NCBI GenBank assembly: GCA_024650005.2 | Contig: CP122380.1 | Span: 32,001 to 96,000, forward strand | Length of the DNA: 64,000 bases | From: Candidatus Bathyarchaeum tardum | GTDB lineage: Archaea; Thermoproteota; Bathyarchaeia; Bathyarchaeales; Bathyarchaeaceae | Reading direction: 5' to 3' | In this document: one piece after another, positions 10,063 through 20,034 of the stretch | Layout: every line of letters begins with the position of its first letter | Position numbering within the stretch: the stretch's first letter is position 1 | Made by a program: the position numbers and the translations under genes | The notes under the pieces: model-generated | Told to the model about the DNA's origin: nothing | The model's database searches: none | Seen by the model: the letters and a program-made list of their open reading frames with translations, nothing else

Positions 10063-10449
10063 TTACTTCTTTATTGTGACAACATCGTTTTCTATACGAA
10101 CAGTGTCCCCACTCAAAATTTTGGAAATATCAATTTTGTCAACACACGGTATCTCGGAAATTATTGCGCCAACGGCAACTACTGTTTCACATTCGCTGTT
10201 TATGATTCCCGCTGGAGCAACACCACCTTTTTTGAGTCGATAAAGGGTATATGAGCCAACGGTGGAGCCTTTGCCGGTTGGGAAAACTAGGATTTTGCCT
10301 TTGATTGATTTGCCTTGTAGTTCATGTCCTTTTTCGAGTATTTCGCTGGTTTCTGGGTCTACTCCACCGTAAAAAGAAATTGGTTGAGTGGTTGTTAATG
10401 CTTCGGCTTCAACAACACCTTTTGAGATTATTCGCCCTTTTAGCTCCAT
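10063..10449 (-). CDS. phosphomevalonate dehydratase small subunit (AcnX swivel domain, DUF126)
   Basis: [29 protein letters not shown]; lies in the mevalonate operon. Confidence 0.9.
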   Translation of the reverse strand: MELKGRIISKGVVEAEALTTTQPISFYGGVDPETSEILEKGHELQGKSIKGKILVFPTGKGSTVGSYTLYRLKKGGVAPAGIINSECETVVAVGAIISEIPCVDKIDISKILSGDTVRIENDVVTIKK

Positions 10450-11636
10450 TTTCCAGTCACTCCAGCTTGTATACATTCTTCTAAGCTGCCCATTTTGGTT
10501 AACATCAAGTTATGCCGTGAATAGTAACAACCTTTTGCGGAAGTTGTCGCAATTGCCTTAAACCTTCCTTTCAACGGAGCAACCGCCATGCATGTGTCAC
10601 ATGCAAATTTTCCGCCAGCATCTTCAATAATTTTTGTGTAACCACGTATGTCAGCAAGCTGTTTTGCAGGCCGTGAAGATGCAACCCAAAACTCCGTGGT
10701 AGGCGAGATTTTTTTGCCTTCAAGCAAGTTTGCTATTTGGGCAATTTCTTTGATTGAAGCATGAGGGCATCCAATGCAAACAAAGTCGATGTCTTCGGTG
10801 GCATCATTAATTGCGTCGTATGCTTCTTGTAGTGCCTTCTTATCGATCGTTACTTTTTCTGTTGGAGGATTAACTTTCTCAGATGCTGGAGTAATATCCT
10901 TCATGTAAAACAAGGGTTTAGAACCAAAAGTAACCACAGACGCACAAAATGACTTTAACTCATCAATTGATGCATTTTTGATTCCAGTAATGTATGGAAT
11001 TTTGCTTTGTGCAGCTTTTCCGATACAGTATCCAAGGGCTCCCCAATCGGAAATTTTGGACAATTCTGCGGTTACTTCTACTTGAATGTCGGGCACACGG
11101 TTCTCATCAAGATGAAGACCATAACAAGGAGTTTTCCCAACAAAAGCTGCTGCTAAAGCTGATGGACCACCTTCTCGGTTTGTTTTTGCTCCGATAACTG
11201 AATTCGCAAATGTAACTGCAGAGGATTCTGCCCAAGCAATGTGTTCTCCGTACCTTGGCAGGTTACCAATCAGGTAAGGCGTACAAGTACAAGAAACAAT
11301 AATCCCCATTTTGCTGAAAGCGTCAATAACCAGCTTTTGTTTTCGGGCAAACTCAGGGTCAATTCCAAGGTTTTGCCAGTTTTCTAGATCCATTCCTGCA
11401 GGATTCAGAGTTGTTAGTACTTTGACTTTGCCGTCTTTTGCGAGTTCATCCAAAAATTCCAGTCCTGCATCTCCAAGATTATGATAAGAAACCCCAGAAA
11501 TTTGAACAGACCCAACGTCGATTAGTTTTTCTGCCCCGTAAATGTTTCCAAGGGCAACCAGTATTTCCATGGACTTTTTTACAGCGTAGCCTTCTTCGCC
11601 ATCCAGCATTTTTTCTTCATTTTTTGTTAAGTACAT
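10440..11636 (-). CDS. phosphomevalonate dehydratase large subunit (AcnX, DUF521)
   Basis: [55 protein letters not shown]. Confidence 0.92.
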   Translation of the reverse strand: MYLTKNEEKMLDGEEGYAVKKSMEILVALGNIYGAEKLIDVGSVQISGVSYHNLGDAGLEFLDELAKDGKVKVLTTLNPAGMDLENWQNLGIDPEFARKQKLVIDAFSKMGIIVSCTCTPYLIGNLPRYGEHIAWAESSAVTFANSVIGAKTNREGGPSALAAAFVGKTPCYGLHLDENRVPDIQVEVTAELSKISDWGALGYCIGKAAQSKIPYITGIKNASIDELKSFCASVVTFGSKPLFYMKDITPASEKVNPPTEKVTIDKKALQEAYDAINDATEDIDFVCIGCPHASIKEIAQIANLLEGKKISPTTEFWVASSRPAKQLADIRGYTKIIEDAGGKFACDTCMAVAPLKGRFKAIATTSAKGCYYSRHNLMLTKMGSLEECIQAGVTGKWS

Positions 11637-12949
11637 GATGAATCCACGAACTTTTTCAAGTCAACTTTTTCGTAATTTATTTTATCGAATCCTTTGCCCG
11701 TTCCAGTCAAAGGAATCGTAGCATCCAAACCCATTTTACAGGTTCGCGCTTTTTTGCCTTCAGACAAATCTCCTGAAGGGTCAAGAGAAGACCCCGGCTG
11801 ATTAGGCATAATAACTGCTGCTTTGTCTGCTTGAAACCTTGTTGCAATTGCCCATTCTACATCGTCGCTGTCGTAAATGTTGATATCATCATCCACGACA
11901 ACACAATGTTTCAAGGATTTGTGGCCATTAAAAGCAGCTTCAATTGCCTTTTTTCCGTCGTCAGAGTTTTGTTTAGTTATCTGCAACACAGCATGAAGCC
12001 AACTACATCCACCAGTAGTAATGTAAACGTCGTTACACTTGCAGACTTTGTTTGCCTCGTTAAAGATAGTAGGCTCTTTAGGCATACCCATTAACACCTT
12101 GTGTTCATTTCTTCCAGCAAGAATTGTTTGATAAAATGGGTCTTTTCTATGGGTCATACATTTGACTTCGATAACGGGTTGCTGCCTAACACGATCAGGG
12201 ATTCCAGTCAAGTCAAGGAACGGCCCTTCTGAAACTGTTTCTTTTGTTATCCGTCCCTCCAGAACGATTTCACAATCTTTGGGAACTTCAAGGTCAACGG
12301 TTTTGCATTTGACAAGTTCCGTTTTTTCTAAGGCATTTGCCATTCCTAACTCGTCAACACCCATAGGCAACGACGTAGCCGCAGCCAAAAGAACAGCAGT
12401 TGAGTTTCCAATGCACATTGCAATTTCTAACTCACCGCCAGCTTTTTTGAGGGCAGTGTCAGTTCCCCTGTTTTCTACAAGGCGAGCAACAAACTTGTTT
12501 TTCCCAATCATCATCAAACGATGAAAACACATGTTTCTGCCAAGTTCAGGGTCTTTAATAATAGAAACAGCAGATGGAATGTATTTGCCTCCGTCTTTTG
12601 CGGTATAACGCATTATGGGCAGTATGTTTAGGTCAACATTTTTTTCTACAACTTCTTGACATTTCCCAGTTTTTACAACTGCAGGAGGGACAGGATTTTC
12701 CAAAACACCAGAAAGTTTAGGCAAAATCTGTTGCACGTTCATGTTCAAAGCTTTGGCAACTAATTCTTTAGAAGAAACTAAACCACCAACCAAGGGCATG
12801 CTTGATTCTTTTACTTTTTCAAAAAAGCAGGGTTTTTCCCCTAAAGCTTCAAGGATTCCAGCTAATTCTAGGTCGGTTGAAACTTCTTTTTTGATTCTGG
12901 TTAGTTTTCCTTGTTTTTCAAGTTGTTCAATAAAATCTCGAAAACCCAA
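11627..12949 (-). CDS. UbiD-family decarboxylase, likely anhydromevalonate phosphate decarboxylase
   Basis: DGGKYI, HRLM, EIVLEG, EGPFLDLTG, VVVDDDINI, VEWAIATR, SSLDPS, KMGLDAT; lies between mvk and PMDh genes. Confidence 0.9.
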   Translation of the reverse strand: MGFRDFIEQLEKQGKLTRIKKEVSTDLELAGILEALGEKPCFFEKVKESSMPLVGGLVSSKELVAKALNMNVQQILPKLSGVLENPVPPAVVKTGKCQEVVEKNVDLNILPIMRYTAKDGGKYIPSAVSIIKDPELGRNMCFHRLMMIGKNKFVARLVENRGTDTALKKAGGELEIAMCIGNSTAVLLAAATSLPMGVDELGMANALEKTELVKCKTVDLEVPKDCEIVLEGRITKETVSEGPFLDLTGIPDRVRQQPVIEVKCMTHRKDPFYQTILAGRNEHKVLMGMPKEPTIFNEANKVCKCNDVYITTGGCSWLHAVLQITKQNSDDGKKAIEAAFNGHKSLKHCVVVDDDINIYDSDDVEWAIATRFQADKAAVIMPNQPGSSLDPSGDLSEGKKARTCKMGLDATIPLTGTGKGFDKINYEKVDLKKFVDSSCT

Positions 12950-12959
12950 AACTTTTCCC

Positions 12960-13904
12960 TCACATTTTTCTTACGCCAATTTTTGTTCTTAAAACTTGTA
13001 AACCTTCATTTTCAATGGATGTTGCAACTTTTTCTTGCAGGTCTTTTCCTGGAGTTAAAGCTAACATGCAACCTCCGCCTCCCCCTCCGGTCATTTTGGC
13101 TCCGTAGGCGCCTAGTTTTCGGGCTAAATCAACTAAGTAATCAAGTTCTTTGCTGGAAACTTCAATTTGTTGCAATAAAGCATGGTTTTGGTTCATCAGC
13201 TCACCAACTTTCTTCAAGTCAAAAGCGTCCAAGGCTGATTTTCCTTTAATGGCTAACTCTTCTGCTTGTTTGAAAATTGGGTCATATTTTTCGGGGTTAG
13301 CTTGTTTTCGTTCGGCTACTCCGGAAACCATTGCTTTGGTGTTAGCAACAATTCCTGTGTTTCCTATGACAATTTCTACAGGTTCCCGGATGTTGAGTTG
13401 TTCGATTTCGTTTATGCCACTTTGCAGGTTTTTCTTAAACCAAATCAAACCACCAAAAGTTGCGGCTGTGTTGTCAATTCCTGACGGGTTACCTGCGTAC
13501 GCTTTCTCTGCTTCATAAGAAACGTCATTAATTTTTTCATCTGATAAATTCAAACCAAATTCTTCAGAGATTGCACGGGCAATTGCAACACTACTTGCTG
13601 CAGAAGCACCAAGACCACTGAATCCAGGAAGATTTCCACCCAACCAAATATCTAGACCAACATTTTTTGGGTCCATCCCCATTGCTACTAACATTCTTTC
13701 GATGGATTCTACCTGCTGAAGTTTCTTTTTTTCTGCATAACCCTTTGCGCCAGTTCTTTCGTCAGTTACTTTGATGCCTTGCGCAATTTTTTTTACTTCT
13801 GAATCAGCTGCAGAGTCAACTGCCGAAGCAATTCCAGGTACACCATGAACAACGAAATGTTCACCAAACAAAATTGTTTTTCCAAAGCCAGAACCTTTTC
13901 CCAT
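12960..13904 (-). CDS. mvk: mevalonate kinase
   Basis: GKTILFGEHFVVHG, GHMP motif GLGASAA, PSGID, GAKMTGGGGGG. Confidence 0.93.
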   Translation of the reverse strand: MGKGSGFGKTILFGEHFVVHGVPGIASAVDSAADSEVKKIAQGIKVTDERTGAKGYAEKKKLQQVESIERMLVAMGMDPKNVGLDIWLGGNLPGFSGLGASAASSVAIARAISEEFGLNLSDEKINDVSYEAEKAYAGNPSGIDNTAATFGGLIWFKKNLQSGINEIEQLNIREPVEIVIGNTGIVANTKAMVSGVAERKQANPEKYDPIFKQAEELAIKGKSALDAFDLKKVGELMNQNHALLQQIEVSSKELDYLVDLARKLGAYGAKMTGGGGGGCMLALTPGKDLQEKVATSIENEGLQVLRTKIGVRKM

Positions 13905-14106
13905 TGAAAACAACTCAAAACACAATTACGGGGATTAAATAAAATACTTTTAGGTAAATCATGTTTTACAAAAAAGAGGTAATAAAAAGGAGACAAAATG
14001 AAGGGAAAATTGGGGGTTTAAGTTGGGGTTTGTAGGGGTCACCTCGAGTTTGCTTATTGTGCCAAAAAGAGTTGTTAATTGTGGCAGAGCGTGATTGGTT
14101 GTTTTG

Positions 14107-14208
14107 TTAGATTCTTGGGAAGAACCAGATATTAGCGAGCTCTTTGAAGGTTAAAGATTCGTTTAGTTCTAGTTCAGGTTTGTTTTCATTTACGATTGGT
14201 GTTGCCAT
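14107..14208 (-). CDS. putative small protein (33 aa)
   Basis: MATPIVNENKPELELNESLTFKELANIWFFPRI; GTGAG SD-like motif and TTTATATA box upstream. Confidence 0.4.
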   Translation of the reverse strand: MATPIVNENKPELELNESLTFKELANIWFFPRI

Positions 14209-14298
14209 ATTTACTCACACTCATTCAGTTAATTATCATTATATAATATAATTATATATAAACATTCCTTATTACTGAATATATATTCTAAAAATATT

Positions 14299-15147
14299 TT
14301 ATTTACTGAATGAAATCGAGGTGTAGCCCACTACAGCAGATTTGTCCCCCAAAACATCACCGCTGGTCCCATAGCACAACAAGTTTGAATTTTTTGCACC
14401 CAACTTTTTTGCCGCAGTTATCGCAGCAACTGTAGGACCATAACCACAAGTAGAAATTCCAAACAAGTCTACATTACGATAATATTTTTCTTCATTCATC
14501 TCAAGGGCAGCATCTATGGCTAGTTTGTCTTTTTTTTCTGCCTGACTTTGAGGTTCATAATGGGACAGGTCAGTTGATGCAATAACCAATCCGTTTTTGT
14601 TCTTCAAAGCAGCCGCAACTGCTTTTCCAACTTCACGACTGGTATCGAGGTCTTGCATCATAAAACATATGGGAACAAACTTGAATTCAGAACCATAAAG
14701 ATACTGAAGAAAAGGCAACTGCATTTCAATAGAATGCTCGCGAAGGTGGGCACGGTCGTCTATATCTATGACGTCAGAATTTTGTAAAATCTCATTGGCG
14801 ATTTGAGTGTCAATTGGAACATCCCCTAAGGGTGTTCGCCAGGCGCCTTCGTTCATGAGAGAGATTGCGCTTCCAAGTCCAGTGTGGTTGGGACCTAAAA
14901 TCACGATAACATCAGGTTTTCCATCAAAAGCAAGATGATAATATGCATGGGCAGCTACAGGACCAGAAGCCATGTATCCTGCATGAGGAACAATAAGACT
15001 AACAAAAATTCTGGGACCATCCTGCATTACTAAAGGAAGGCTTCCAGGTCCAAGTTTATGAGTAAAAAGATTTTGGATTTGGTGATTTAAACCATCAGGA
15101 GTACCAGCATACCATGAACCGGCTACTGCTGGATACCTGAGTTTCAA
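14299..15147 (-). CDS. MEMO1 family protein (AmmeMemoRadiSam protein B)
   Basis: PAVAGSWY, VPHAGY..SG, GPNHTG, EHSIEMQLPFLQ, ASTDLSHY, CGYGP, VVGY. Confidence 0.93.
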   Translation of the reverse strand: MKLRYPAVAGSWYAGTPDGLNHQIQNLFTHKLGPGSLPLVMQDGPRIFVSLIVPHAGYMASGPVAAHAYYHLAFDGKPDVIVILGPNHTGLGSAISLMNEGAWRTPLGDVPIDTQIANEILQNSDVIDIDDRAHLREHSIEMQLPFLQYLYGSEFKFVPICFMMQDLDTSREVGKAVAAALKNKNGLVIASTDLSHYEPQSQAEKKDKLAIDAALEMNEEKYYRNVDLFGISTCGYGPTVAAITAAKKLGAKNSNLLCYGTSGDVLGDKSAVVGYTSISFSK

Positions 15148-15821
15148 TCTTCTTCGACGTCCCCTCGGTCCCTTGTTAATTTAATTTCGAAGTCTTCGAT
15201 AGACTGACTAAGATCACCGTCTGCGGGGATTTCGCCTTTTTCGCGTAGCATTTGCCTTGCAAGGAGCCAGTAAATAACTGCTAATGCACGTCTTCCTTTG
15301 TTGTTGGTTGGTATAACAAAATCAACAAATGAGAAGTCGTTATCTGTACTGCACAAAGCAACAACAGGAACACCAATGGTAGCAGCTTCTTTAACTGCTT
15401 GAACATCAGCTTTTGGATCAGAAACAATGATCACACTAGGTTCAAGGCGATCAGGATACAATGGATTTGAAAGCATTCCAGGAATAAATCTACCAACTAT
15501 TGGGGTTGCTCCAGTTACTTGGCAGAATTTTTCTACTGGAGAATGACTGTACAAGCGTCCAGCGACAACTGCAATCTTTGAGGGATCAAAACGGGCTAGA
15601 AACTTGCCAGCAACGCGTATGCGTTCATCGGTTTTTTTAACATCTAATACGAACAGACCGTCTGCTCTAACCCGGTAGATGAATTGTTCCATGTCTTTGG
15701 TTCGCATTCTGGTTCCTATGTGAACACCCGCGGACAATAGGGTATCCTGGGGCAACAGCAATTCTTCTTCGCTGAAATTTTCCATGTTTTCTTCATTTTC
15801 GGACAAACTTTTTTCCTCCAA
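15144..15821 (-). CDS. rps2: 30S ribosomal protein S2 (uS2)
   Basis: AGVHIGT, GRFIPGMLSNP, IPTNNKGRRALAVIYWLLAR. Confidence 0.97.
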   Translation of the reverse strand: MEEKSLSENEENMENFSEEELLLPQDTLLSAGVHIGTRMRTKDMEQFIYRVRADGLFVLDVKKTDERIRVAGKFLARFDPSKIAVVAGRLYSHSPVEKFCQVTGATPIVGRFIPGMLSNPLYPDRLEPSVIIVSDPKADVQAVKEAATIGVPVVALCSTDNDFSFVDFVIPTNNKGRRALAVIYWLLARQMLREKGEIPADGDLSQSIEDFEIKLTRDRGDVEED

Positions 15822-17066
15822 CTATAGTATTGACATTTGAGCTCTATTTCCAAGATTTTCTTCAATTCTGATTAGTTCATTGATTTTTGCGACACGTTCT
15901 CCATGTAACACACCAGTCTTTATAACTGGACAGCCGAAACCAACTGCTAAGTGAGCTAAATGTGTATCTACTGTCTCACCAGAACGATGAGACATAACTG
16001 GAACATATCCAGCCCATTTCGCCAACCGAGTGGTCTCTAACGCATCTGTAATGGTTCCAACTTGATTAACCTTTATGACAAGAGAATTACCAGCCCCCAT
16101 TTCTATTCCCTTAGCCAATCGGTCACGGTTTGTAACAAACAAGTCATCACCACAAATTAAACAATTAGTTGATTTTTTTGTGAGTTCAGCAAAGTTTTCG
16201 TAATCATCTTCATCGAAGGGGTCTTCAACAAAAGCGAGGTTATATTCTTCAATTAGTTGCAACATAAACTCAAGTTGCTCACCAGAATCTCGTTTTTTGC
16301 CTTCCATAGAATAAACATAAACACCCTTTTTGGGGTCATAAAAACTAGAAGCCGCAACATCAAGACAGGGTCTACATTCAATATCCATTTCGTCTGAAAC
16401 TTCTTGACAAGCTTGAGAAACAATCTTTAGTGCTTCTTCGTTCTCAATGTTTGGTGCCCACGCACCTTCGTCACCTCTTCCACCAGTAAATAATTTACAT
16501 GTTTTTTTAAGAAGAGAACCAACTTTTGCATGGACTTTAATGTTTGCAGCAGCAGCCTCTGAGAAACAGGATGCATTCAAGGGAATGACCAAATATTCTT
16601 GGATGTCAGTTGTTTTTCCAAGAACATGTTTTCCGCCCCCCAAAACGTTTCCGAGAGGAAAAGGAAGCTCATTACCCAAATATCCACCCAAATATTGGAA
16701 TAAAGGCAAATCAAGAGACGTCGCAGCTGCTTCAGCAGTAGCTACAGAAACCGCAAAAGCAGTGTTTCCTCCAATATTACTAAAGTTTAGGGTGCCATCA
16801 ATTTCATGAAGAAGAATATCAATGTCACTTTGTTCTTCTGCATCCATTCCAATAAGTTCTGGAACAACAAGTTCTTCAAATTTCTTTAGGGCAGCGTCAA
16901 CTCCACCTTCAGGATAAGGAACAACTTCAGCTTTACCCGTACTAGCTCCAGCAGGGGCAGCAACGCTTCCAAATCCATCAGCAGTTATTATGTCAACCTC
17001 TATTGTTTCTCGCCCGCGACTGTTGAAAAGTTTTCTAGCTGTTACCTCTTCTATGATAGACGACAT
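15822..17066 (-). CDS. eno: enolase
   Basis: NSRG, PAGASTG, GDEG, EDPF, GDDLFVTN, KVNQVGT, SHRSGET, ERVAKINELIRIEE. Confidence 0.96.
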   Translation of the reverse strand: MSSIIEEVTARKLFNSRGRETIEVDIITADGFGSVAAPAGASTGKAEVVPYPEGGVDAALKKFEELVVPELIGMDAEEQSDIDILLHEIDGTLNFSNIGGNTAFAVSVATAEAAATSLDLPLFQYLGGYLGNELPFPLGNVLGGGKHVLGKTTDIQEYLVIPLNASCFSEAAAANIKVHAKVGSLLKKTCKLFTGGRGDEGAWAPNIENEEALKIVSQACQEVSDEMDIECRPCLDVAASSFYDPKKGVYVYSMEGKKRDSGEQLEFMLQLIEEYNLAFVEDPFDEDDYENFAELTKKSTNCLICGDDLFVTNRDRLAKGIEMGAGNSLVIKVNQVGTITDALETTRLAKWAGYVPVMSHRSGETVDTHLAHLAVGFGCPVIKTGVLHGERVAKINELIRIEENLGNRAQMSIL

Positions 17067-17078
17067 GTTGTTTCACCG

Positions 17079-17303
17079 CTAATATGGTTCAGAATTAAAG
17101 TTTGCTTTTTGGCTATAGAACCGGAGAATACTGTCAGAAATTTCAATGTGTCCAAGAACCATCCTACGACAGCAATATCTTGTTACACCTAAACTATCAA
17201 GAACCTTTTTCGGGTCTTCTCCAGACTGAACCCGCTTATTGAAGTCTTCCCATACATCAGCAACCAACTTGCCACAAGTAAAACAACGAACTGGGATTAT
17301 AAT
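17079..17303 (-). CDS. rpoN: RNA polymerase subunit N (Rpo10), probable non-canonical ATT start
   Basis: Frame extends upstream of the track ORF as (I)IIPVRCFTCGKLVAD...RYCCRR; SD GGAGGT at 17318-17313; no in-frame ATG/GTG/TTG between the N-terminal motif and the stop at 17339-17337. Confidence 0.95.
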   Translation of the reverse strand: MIIPVRCFTCGKLVADVWEDFNKRVQSGEDPKKVLDSLGVTRYCCRRMVLGHIEISDSILRFYSQKANFNSEPY

Positions 17304-17435
17304 TTCAATTCGACCTCCTACACATAATTTTGACCTTCAGGTTTTTTCCAGTTTTTTCAATTTATACTCATACATTGGCACCGATTCAGTGCCCTTAATG
17401 CCTTAGCTACAAATACATCCATTAAATGAATGCAG

Positions 17436-17849
17436 TTACCTGTAGCTTTTCTGATCCCTAGCCCTAGCGCCTGGTCCTCCAAACTTTTTGGGCTCACTTC
17501 TTCGGGGATCACCTGCAATCATGGTTCGATCATAATCGATAAGAGTTGTTCGAAGGCGGGTGCTTTTGGTCCACTTAAGTAAACTTTTAGCTACTGCCAT
17601 ACGAGCGGCTTCAGCTTGACCCATGTATCCTCCACCAGCTACAGTGACATTTATGTCAAGTTGATTCCAAACTTTGTCATCTGTAAGTAGCAAAGGTTCA
17701 AGAATTTTGTCTCGTGCAATTTGTGGTTCATAGACTTCTAAGGGTATATTGTTTATGCGTACTCGTCCTTTGCCCAATCTAACTGTTGCTCGTGCTATTG
17801 CAGTTTTTCGCTTTCCACTTAAGACCATAACTTTTTTTGTTTTTGACAT
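17436..17849 (-). CDS. rps9: 30S ribosomal protein S9 (uS9)
   Basis: [34 protein letters not shown]. Confidence 0.98.
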   Translation of the reverse strand: MSKTKKVMVLSGKRKTAIARATVRLGKGRVRINNIPLEVYEPQIARDKILEPLLLTDDKVWNQLDINVTVAGGGYMGQAEAARMAVAKSLLKWTKSTRLRTTLIDYDRTMIAGDPRRSEPKKFGGPGARARDQKSYR

Positions 17850-17850
17850 T

Positions 17851-18294
17851 CTAATCTACCTCTGGGGTCCATCCGCCGATTTCTTTAGCCAATTCGCCCA
17901 CGGTTATATAAGGTGATTTTAATTTGCCCGTGCTTGCTTCAATAACAGTCTGAAAATCTTTGCCATCAAATTCAACGGGAACCCCTAAGTATACCCGCAA
18001 TCTTTTGAAAGCTTCAATACCTTTAGATTTTCGCCGAGGCAGCATTCCACGGATAGTTCGACTTACAATTTTGTCGGGTCGTCTAGGATGGTTTGGACCT
18101 TTTCTGGGGTGACCAACTTCCAAGAAAGTTTTAGCGTCAGTAACTATGTGCTGCTTCTTGCCAGAAATGGCTGCTTTTTCAGCATTTAAAATAACTACAC
18201 TTTCACCGTCAAGAAGACGTTTAGCTACATTACTAGCCAATCGACCAAGAATTAGACCTTTAGCATCAATTATTACAGAATTATTAGAAGACAT
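17851..18294 (-). CDS. rpl13: 50S ribosomal protein L13 (uL13)
   Basis: [28 protein letters not shown]. Confidence 0.97.
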   Translation of the reverse strand: MSSNNSVIIDAKGLILGRLASNVAKRLLDGESVVILNAEKAAISGKKQHIVTDAKTFLEVGHPRKGPNHPRRPDKIVSRTIRGMLPRRKSKGIEAFKRLRVYLGVPVEFDGKDFQTVIEASTGKLKSPYITVGELAKEIGGWTPEVD

Positions 18295-18300
18295 CCCAAT

Positions 18301-18663
18301 TCACTCCATTATTTTCACGTTTTTACCTGTTGGGTTTTTTTTCATCAGGTCGCGAATAGACAAACATTGTCCTTTACTGTTCGCAATTTTAGTTTTAGCA
18401 ACATCAGAGAAAGAAAAAGCAGCAATATTCAAAGGATGATCTGCTTGTCCGGCACCTAAAACTTTGCCTGGAACTACTACGGTTTCACCTTCTTTTGTGT
18501 AACGATTTAATCGACTCAAATTTACGGCTACACGACTTCGGTTCGAACTGTTTAAACGTTCAGCAAGGCTAAGCCATAGTTCAGTTTGGCTTTCTTGTGA
18601 CTGTTTTTTCAAATCACGAATGAGCGTAACAAGCTCTGGATTAGTTGACTTTAATTTCTTCAC
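18301..18663 (-). CDS. rpl18e: 50S ribosomal protein L18e
   Basis: STNPEL, VNLSRLNR, VVVPGKVLG, AAFSFS, NPTG. Confidence 0.96.
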   Translation of the reverse strand: MKKLKSTNPELVTLIRDLKKQSQESQTELWLSLAERLNSSNRSRVAVNLSRLNRYTKEGETVVVPGKVLGAGQADHPLNIAAFSFSDVAKTKIANSKGQCLSIRDLMKKNPTGKNVKIME

Positions 18664-19484
18664 TTCTTATTACCCTTTTTAAGTTGATTAGAAAATTCTT
18701 TGATTTCGTTGTCAAGAATTTTTGTTGCTTCCATAACTATTCGTTCTACTGGAAGTGCTCCAGTTGATTCGATTTTAAAAATGAAAGTTTTATCATCCCA
18801 AGACACGTTTACAGCGGTTGCTGAGTCTTTGGGACATGCATCTACACAGTCCATACATAATGTACAGTTGATTTCGTTCTGAACTTTTATTCCGTCATCA
18901 GTCTGTTTTAGAATGTTTTCTGGACAGATTTTAACACATTTTCCACATGAATCACAGAGTTTTGGATCAATTTTGATTTTAGGAAGATAACTATAAACGC
19001 ACATAGAAACTGGTTGCCATTTTGCGTGTTTTTTGCCTTTTCCTAGGCGTGCATAAGCTTCCATTTTGATTTTTTGATCTTGAGCCAATTTTGCAAGTGG
19101 AATCTTGTCACTTACTGGAGCAATGTCAGGATTTTCAGGGATTATGTCACCCGAATAAACGGTTGTTATTTTTTCGTTTGCTTCAATTTCTAGTGTTAGA
19201 TTTGCCCGACAAAGGCTACATCCAAATTCGCTTTCACATTTACAGTCTTCAGGTAGACTGTAAGAATCTAAATCAGTTTTAAGAGGAATGAACCCCATTC
19301 TGTGTGAAAGGATTTCATCAGTAAGAATTGACGAATTTTCAAGAATTACAATCTCGTCTATAGCCATTGCTGGGACTTCAGTAAGGATTATTCTTCGTAG
19401 TGCGTTAACAAAAGGCGTATTGACTCCGCTAACAATGAAGCGCATGTACTCGCTGGTTTTCTCAATTATTTGAATTTCTACCAC
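18660..19484 (-). CDS. rpoD: RNA polymerase subunit D (Rpo3) with ferredoxin-like domain
   Basis: NALRR..L.EVP.MAID, ENSS..DEILSHRMGFIP, GKKHAKWQP, ESTGAL; probable GTG start 19484. Confidence 0.96.
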   Translation of the reverse strand: MVEIQIIEKTSEYMRFIVSGVNTPFVNALRRIILTEVPAMAIDEIVILENSSILTDEILSHRMGFIPLKTDLDSYSLPEDCKCESEFGCSLCRANLTLEIEANEKITTVYSGDIIPENPDIAPVSDKIPLAKLAQDQKIKMEAYARLGKGKKHAKWQPVSMCVYSYLPKIKIDPKLCDSCGKCVKICPENILKQTDDGIKVQNEINCTLCMDCVDACPKDSATAVNVSWDDKTFIFKIESTGALPVERIVMEATKILDNEIKEFSNQLKKGNKK

Positions 19485-19638
19485 ATTTAAGCCTCTGTAA
19501 TTAACGCGTTTAAAGCTCGTGCTTTTCAAAAAGAGCTAAAGCCATTATTTCAATATTTTGGTTATCAGACAAAGCCGATTCAATACTTTTTTCGGCTATT
19601 GTCCAACATTTCACAAAAATAATGAAGAAAAAAGGGAT

Positions 19639-20034
19639 TTAGACTCTACGTCCTCTGCGTCCACCCTTCCTTCGAGTGCCATCGTGAGGAATGGGAGTAA
19701 CTTCTTCAATTCGCCCGACACGGAATCCTGCTCTTGCTAATGCACGGATTGCAGATTGTGCTCCAGCTCCCGGTGTTCGGGCTCCTGAGCCTCCAGGGGC
19801 ACGAACTTTGATGTGAATGGCAGTTATGCCTTTGTCTTTGGCAATTGTTGCAGTGTGTGCTGCTGCACGCATTGTAGCATATGCAGAAGATTCTAGTCGG
19901 TCTGATTTAACGTGCATTCCACCTGAAGACCGAGCAATGGTTTCCGCCCCAGTGATATCTGTGAAATGAATTATCGTATTATTATATGAACTGAAAACAT
20001 GAACTACAGCCCATTTGTCAGCTTTTTTACTCAT
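19639..20034 (-). CDS. rps11: 30S ribosomal protein S11 (uS11)
   Basis: [37 protein letters not shown]. Confidence 0.98.
   Translation of the reverse strand: MSKKADKWAVVHVFSSYNNTIIHFTDITGAETIARSSGGMHVKSDRLESSAYATMRAAAHTATIAKDKGITAIHIKVRAPGGSGARTPGAGAQSAIRALARAGFRVGRIEEVTPIPHDGTRRKGGRRGRRV

Noticed and set aside
17340-17435. Possible tRNA in the rps9-rpoN gap (also checked the rps11-rpoD gap)
   Set aside because: Only 5-6 bp hairpins; no cloverleaf or TTCRA loop.
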